64,000 nucleotides of DNA, from assembly GCA_965116885.1 (NCBI GenBank), contig OZ220741.1:4896001-4960000 (forward strand). The letters are read 5' to 3'. Positions 59,302-64,000 of this stretch are shown here, piece by piece (position 1 is the first letter of the stretch; the number at the start of each line of letters is the position of its first letter). The notes beneath the pieces are model-generated. The model saw only the letters and a list, made by a program, of their open reading frames with translations. It searched no databases and was not told where the DNA came from. Source of the DNA: Candidatus Latescibacterota bacterium (lineage in GTDB: Bacteria; Latescibacterota; UBA2968). The position numbers and the translations under genes are program-made.

Positions 59302-60693
59302 ATGAGAATAATCACATTGGCATTGCAAAGTCTTTTGACGCTGTTGATGCTAGCCAGTTGTTCCACCCCTGGGAACATGCGGTCGCACTGGCCTGAATAC
59401 CCCGTAAATCCATTCGTCATCCAATTGGATATTCCCGGCCCTACGGATTCTGCTGGCGGCCTCATTGTCGCCGATCTGAATGGAGATGGACGCATGGATT
59501 ACCTGGTCACCGTTCCCAATTATCTCACGACTCATGCCCACGATGGCCGCAAACTCTGGGTAATCGAAACCGACCTCCGGGTAGGCGGCTCCTCAGAGCG
59601 CGTCGGCCTACCCGGCCATCACGGTCCAGGTGTTCAGGTTACAGACGTCGATGGCGATGAACAGGTCGAAGTGCTGTTCCTTACCCAGGATGGCACGCTC
59701 CACGTAATTGATGGCACTACAGGGCGCGAGCAGTGGACCGCAAAGCCGCCCATCCCCAAAGGCGCCCAACGCTGGGAGCACCTGGTCGTAGCCAATTTCC
59801 GCGGCGCGGGAGATCGAGATTTACTCCTCCAAGCCACCAATGCCAAAGGTTACCGCATGGGGCGCTTTCTAGCGGCCTATGCGCTGGCCGATCTCCGGCG
59901 CGGACATTTTGCCCCCCTGTGGGAACGCGACGATTTCGTTGCCTGCGCCCACAACGGCGCACGGCTGGCGGATCTGAATAGAGATGGGCAAGACGAAGTG
60001 ATCGGCGCTACGGTCGTCTCTGCCGATGGCAAAATTTTACTGCGGATTCCCCTAAAAGGTCACATCGACTCGATCTTCATCTACGACGTGCGGCCCGATA
60101 TACCGGGTTTGGAAATCATCGCCTTAGAAGAAGGGGGCGGCAATCGCATTTTCCTCTACAACCACGAACAACTCTTATGGGAAACGCACTTTCGCCACCG
60201 GGAACCCCAGAATGCGGCGGTCGGCGAGTTCGACCTGGAGCGACCGGGCCTGGAGATATGGTGCCGGAGCCGCTATAACGAGCATCAGAAGCCTTTTGTT
60301 TTTGACGCGCAGGGAGAGAAAATCGCGGATTACCAGATGGACGATGTAGCACCCGAGGGCTGGACCACAAGAGGGGTCGAGGTCATCCACAAGATCGATT
60401 GGACAGGGGACCGCAAACAGCTTGCCGCAGCCAAAGAGCGCCATATCTCCGGGGATATTGGCATCTTCGATCCGCTTAGCGGGCGCTTTCTCCACCGGTT
60501 TGAGGAAAAGGCCGACCGGCTCTATGTGGGCGATGTGGCTGGAGATTGGCGCGAAGAACTGATCGTCTTGCACGGCAACCAACTCCACATCTACTTCAAC
60601 GAGTCTGAGAATCGGGGTTCTGACCGTCAGCGCCTGTGGTCGCAAGACCACTACCGCCGCAGTAAAATGACCTGGAACTATTACAGCCCGTGA
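59302..60693 (+). CDS. FG-GAP/VCBS-repeat beta-propeller lipoprotein (PL11-like fold)
   Basis: Lipobox 'LASC'; repeated DxxxDG loops (DLNGDG, DVDGDE, DLNRDG); 'GDVAGDWREE'. Confidence 0.7.
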   Translation: MRIITLALQSLLTLLMLASCSTPGNMRSHWPEYPVNPFVIQLDIPGPTDSAGGLIVADLNGDGRMDYLVTVPNYLTTHAHDGRKLWVIETDLRVGGSSERVGLPGHHGPGVQVTDVDGDEQVEVLFLTQDGTLHVIDGTTGREQWTAKPPIPKGAQRWEHLVVANFRGAGDRDLLLQATNAKGYRMGRFLAAYALADLRRGHFAPLWERDDFVACAHNGARLADLNRDGQDEVIGATVVSADGKILLRIPLKGHIDSIFIYDVRPDIPGLEIIALEEGGGNRIFLYNHEQLLWETHFRHREPQNAAVGEFDLERPGLEIWCRSRYNEHQKPFVFDAQGEKIADYQMDDVAPEGWTTRGVEVIHKIDWTGDRKQLAAAKERHISGDIGIFDPLSGRFLHRFEEKADRLYVGDVAGDWREELIVLHGNQLHIYFNESENRGSDRQRLWSQDHYRRSKMTWNYYSP

Positions 60694-60771
60694 CTACTCC
60701 CAACGCTATAGCTGGTTTTACGGGCTTTTTGATAAGGTCAGGTAACAATGTCGATATTGGAGGTATATAAC

Positions 60772-61905
60772 ATGGCACTTGATACCATAACATCCGAAGC
60801 CATTGAAGTAATCAATCCAACTGGCAGGCGCGTATTGCAACTGACGACAGATGCGCGGCGGTCGGTGCATGGGTATTACGATCTACCCCCGTGGTCTCCC
60901 GTGGATGGGCGCATTGCATTTAGCCGCATGGATGCACCGGATTCAAAGACAGGCGATATTTGTGTCATGGACGCCGATGGGGGCAACTTGCACAAAGTGG
61001 CCGAATCCCGTGCGATGTCCGCCAATGGCGGTGCGCTGGCGCAATGGGCGTCGGATGGCTCTCGGATTTACTTCAAGGATCGGGACCGCGAAACCCGTTT
61101 GATCGGATGGGTCGATCCGGACACCGGTATGTCAGGCACGCACCCTGGAGACCTGCGGATGATTTCACCCGCTGGACACCTGCATGCCTATCACACCATG
61201 CATGGGGATTACGCCGAGGACGCCGTCCCGAAAATGAAAGATGTACACGGTGTCTTCGCGCAGGATTTAGAAACGGGTGAATCCAAACAACTCGCAACCC
61301 TCTCCGATTGTCTGGCACTCCATCCCCGCCGGGACGAAATTGCCGACTGGCATTTGTTTGTCAAACACACCAAATGGTCGCCCGATGGCACTCGGATGAT
61401 GTTTGTATTCACCAACGAAATCCATTTTGATCGAAAATACGGCGAACTCCCCAGAGTAAAAGATGTGTACGTCATCAATGCCGACGGCTCCAATCTCAAG
61501 CGCGTGGGCGAATTTGGCAACCACCCCCTGTGGCATCCCAATGGTCGAGAAATACTGACCAACAGCCCGTTTGAAGGCTCGTCGGGTAATAAACTGGTAC
61601 TGACCGATGTGGAAACCGGTGAAGAGCGTTTGGCCGCAACCTGTGCAAAGGGATCGGGGCATCCCTCCTTTTCACCAGATGGCAAATACATTGTCATAGA
61701 TGTCGTGAACCACACGACAAAAGAAGCCAAATTCCTGCTGGTAGATGTCGAAACCGATACTGCTGAAACGCTGTTGGAACTCCCGGTCTTCGACCACTCT
61801 CATGCCGGAACCCATCTGCACCCGGTATGGCGGCAAGACAGCTCGCAGATCCTATTCGCCAGCGACGCATCCGAAATTTGCCAATTGTGTGTGATTGACG
61901 TGTGA
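60772..61905 (+). CDS. TolB-like/oligogalacturonate lyase-like beta-propeller
   Basis: PD40-like repeats 'WSPVDG', 'WSPDG', 'HPSFSPDG', 'HLHPVW'. Confidence 0.7.
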   Translation: MALDTITSEAIEVINPTGRRVLQLTTDARRSVHGYYDLPPWSPVDGRIAFSRMDAPDSKTGDICVMDADGGNLHKVAESRAMSANGGALAQWASDGSRIYFKDRDRETRLIGWVDPDTGMSGTHPGDLRMISPAGHLHAYHTMHGDYAEDAVPKMKDVHGVFAQDLETGESKQLATLSDCLALHPRRDEIADWHLFVKHTKWSPDGTRMMFVFTNEIHFDRKYGELPRVKDVYVINADGSNLKRVGEFGNHPLWHPNGREILTNSPFEGSSGNKLVLTDVETGEERLAATCAKGSGHPSFSPDGKYIVIDVVNHTTKEAKFLLVDVETDTAETLLELPVFDHSHAGTHLHPVWRQDSSQILFASDASEICQLCVIDV

Positions 61906-61916
61906 AGGGGACTCTC

Positions 61917-62747
61917 ATGCCCGTAAAATCCGTTTACATGATGACCGATTTGGAAGGTTCAGCCGGAGTAGATGATTGGGACCCGAGACACCGGGAAGAT
62001 GCGACAACGGCAAAGGGCGTGTACGACCGCGCCGAGATGCAGCGATTGTTGACAGGTGAAGTCAACGCCGCGGCCGAAGGATTATTTGCAGCAGGCGTAG
62101 AAGAGATAATCATCAATGATGCACATGGAGCGGGGCGCACGATTTTATCAGAAAAATTGATCTCCGGCGTGCAACTCGTACAGGGTGTCAACCGCCCCTG
62201 CTGGTTACCCGGATTATCCCCCAGATTTGACGCATTGATCCAGTTGGGCATGCATGCGATGACCAACACGCCTAACGGATGTCTCGCACATTCGATGAGC
62301 CGCAATATGATCTATCGCGTCAATGGTGCCGAAGTCGGCGAGATGGAAATGGCGGCTTATTTGTGTGGCGATCTGGGAATTCCCTGGGTCTTCACATCGG
62401 GCGATCTGCACGCATGTACCGAATCCCAACGCTGGGTCAACGACATTGTCACAGCACCAGTAAAAGAAGGCCTGGGTGAATTATGTGCGCTCCACCTGGC
62501 GCCAGTAGATGCCCGCGCCCTCATCAAGACGCGCGTTCAAGAAGCCATGGAGCGCGTCGAAAATATTGAACCACTCATTGCAGAAAGCCCTGTGGTGATG
62601 GAGGTAACGCGCCCTGAACCCAGCCAGTCAGTGCGAGAAGGATGCGAGCGCGTAGATGACTTTACAGTTAGGTGTGAAGGCGAATCCTTCTGGCAGGTAT
62701 TTCATCACTATGTTTATGGCAAACCCGATTTTCCAGTTCCCGCGTAA
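61917..62747 (+). CDS. M55 family metallopeptidase (second paralog)
   Basis: 'TDLEG', 'LLTGEVNAA', 'NDAHG', 'GMHAM', 'LAHS', 'VGE'. Confidence 0.87.
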   Translation: MPVKSVYMMTDLEGSAGVDDWDPRHREDATTAKGVYDRAEMQRLLTGEVNAAAEGLFAAGVEEIIINDAHGAGRTILSEKLISGVQLVQGVNRPCWLPGLSPRFDALIQLGMHAMTNTPNGCLAHSMSRNMIYRVNGAEVGEMEMAAYLCGDLGIPWVFTSGDLHACTESQRWVNDIVTAPVKEGLGELCALHLAPVDARALIKTRVQEAMERVENIEPLIAESPVVMEVTRPEPSQSVREGCERVDDFTVRCEGESFWQVFHHYVYGKPDFPVPA

Positions 62748-62771
62748 TTTCTTCGCATTATAGGAGGTATC

Positions 62772-63479
62772 ATGAAAGTCAAAATAGAGAATCAATTTCG
62801 AGCGCCTTATGGCGTGCCAAACGGATTGCAACTCACAGACGATGGTTTGTGGATTGTAGATCAGATGACTGACCGGGTAGCGTTGATGAGTATGAAAGAT
62901 GAGGACAAAGACGATTATTACGGCAATCGCCGCCTGTTGAAGGACATCCCATCGGAATCCTCAAACACCAGTGGCATGGCTGCGGGCGATGGATCATTGT
63001 GGTTGGCGGCAAATGGGCCGGGGCAACGCTGGCGGCTACCGCGCGAGACCGATGCGCCCCAGGGTGAAATTTTGCGCGTAGATCCCTGTAATGGAGAAAC
63101 ACAGGGCCGCTGGGCACTGCCCACGGGTGGCGGCACCCACGGTGTGGAATACGACGCAATTGAACCGGGCACATTGTGGTTGACGACCTTGAAAGAACAG
63201 ACCATTACGCAGATGCGCATTGCAGATTGGTCCGTCATCCGAACATTAAAACTGCCTTTGTCTCGCGCACACGGCGTCGTGCGAATGGAAGAAGATTCAA
63301 TCTGGGTCGTTCATACAGGTGATCGGGTCATTGTAAATCTGGATCTGGCGACAAATGCAGAACTCGATCGCATAGAAGTGCCCGAACCCCATCCCGAACC
63401 ACATGGCTTATCCATCTGTGAGGGCGGGTTTTTGTATTGCGATGCCACATCGGGGTGGGTTGCCAAAATTTCCTGGTAA
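62772..63479 (+). CDS. Hypothetical small beta-propeller protein
   Basis: Repeated blade motifs 'PNGL', 'THGV', 'AHGV', 'PHGL'; AGGAGG RBS. Confidence 0.6.
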   Translation: MKVKIENQFRAPYGVPNGLQLTDDGLWIVDQMTDRVALMSMKDEDKDDYYGNRRLLKDIPSESSNTSGMAAGDGSLWLAANGPGQRWRLPRETDAPQGEILRVDPCNGETQGRWALPTGGGTHGVEYDAIEPGTLWLTTLKEQTITQMRIADWSVIRTLKLPLSRAHGVVRMEEDSIWVVHTGDRVIVNLDLATNAELDRIEVPEPHPEPHGLSICEGGFLYCDATSGWVAKISW

Positions 63480-63505
63480 TGGGACGCTTCTGTTATCTTC
63501 CAATT

Positions 63506-63533
63506 AGCCCCGGTCCTCCGGGGCTTTTCTTTC
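63506..63533 (+). terminator. Rho-independent terminator
   Basis: agccccgg-tcct-ccggggct followed by tttctttc. Confidence 0.75.
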
Positions 63534-63551
63534 TGACGACTGAGGTACGTG

Positions 63552-64000
63552 ATGAGTGATCGAGCAGTAATCGGCGTCGATGTGGGCACAGGCAGCGTGC
63601 GGGCAGGCGTATTTGACCTATACGGCACCATGCTGGGCACAGCATCGTCACCCATCCTGGAATTTAATCCCAAACCCAATTTCTACGAACAATCCTCGGA
63701 GAACATCTGGGCAGAAACCGGAAAAGTCGTTCGCCAGGCCATTGTCCAATCTGGTCTCTCGCCCGATGCGATAATCGGCATGAGTTTTGACGCAACCTGT
63801 TCTCTCGTCGTCCTGGACACTGCTGGACACCCCCTGACCGTATCTGAAACGGGCGAAACCGAACGCAACATCATCGTATGGCGCGATCACCGCGCAATTG
63901 ATCAGGTAAATCGCATCAATGCGGGTGGATACGATGTGTTGCAATACGTCGGAGGCACGATGTCGCCCGAGCAAGAGCCGCCAAAACTGTTGTGGATCAA
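63552..64000 (+). CDS. FGGY family carbohydrate kinase (ribulokinase-like), 3'-partial
   Basis: Not in the ORF track. Manual translation: MSDRAVIGVDVGTGSVRAGVFD...SFDATCSLV...IIVWRDHRA. Confidence 0.9.
   Translation, partial: MSDRAVIGVDVGTGSVRAGVFDLYGTMLGTASSPILEFNPKPNFYEQSSENIWAETGKVVRQAIVQSGLSPDAIIGMSFDATCSLVVLDTAGHPLTVSETGETERNIIVWRDHRAIDQVNRINAGGYDVLQYVGGTMSPEQEPPKLLWI

Overview
Bacterial genomic window with dense coding. The gene content (two DUF6785-type membrane proteins, a GWxTD/TPR protein, CarboxypepD-type TonB-dependent receptors, a PorV-like barrel, T9SS/FlgD-like C-terminal domains, many PhyH/Gfo/sulfatase/M55 enzymes) resembles FCB-group lineages such as Latescibacterota/Gemmatimonadota; this is inference only. 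The backbone is catabolic and envelope genes plus tRNA-Thr(CGT), prmA and gmd. Three toxin-antitoxin loci lie at 10.9-20.7 kb: an intact MNT-HEPN pair, an orphan MNT followed by an 11-codon toxin stub, and VapBC. The main accessory region is a minus-strand defence island at about 32.3-43.0 kb. It holds a complete qatABCD system, three effector plus ATPase-like proteins (one DUF4062, two Schlafen/AlbA_2), two perfect in-frame 12-bp tandem repeats and several chimeric gene scars. One scar is an hsdR N-terminus fused in frame to a diverged copy of the 3' end of the flanking host gene (47-bp repeat, 41/47 identical). Another is a TIR N-terminus fused to a copy of an AlbA-ATPase 3' end. No integrase is visible, which suggests a cassette-swapping hotspot. 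A TonB receptor + CTD-bearing protein + PorV-like operon (23.7-30.5 kb) is a second candidate for a poorly described system. All family assignments come from motif recognition by eye; no database searches were run.
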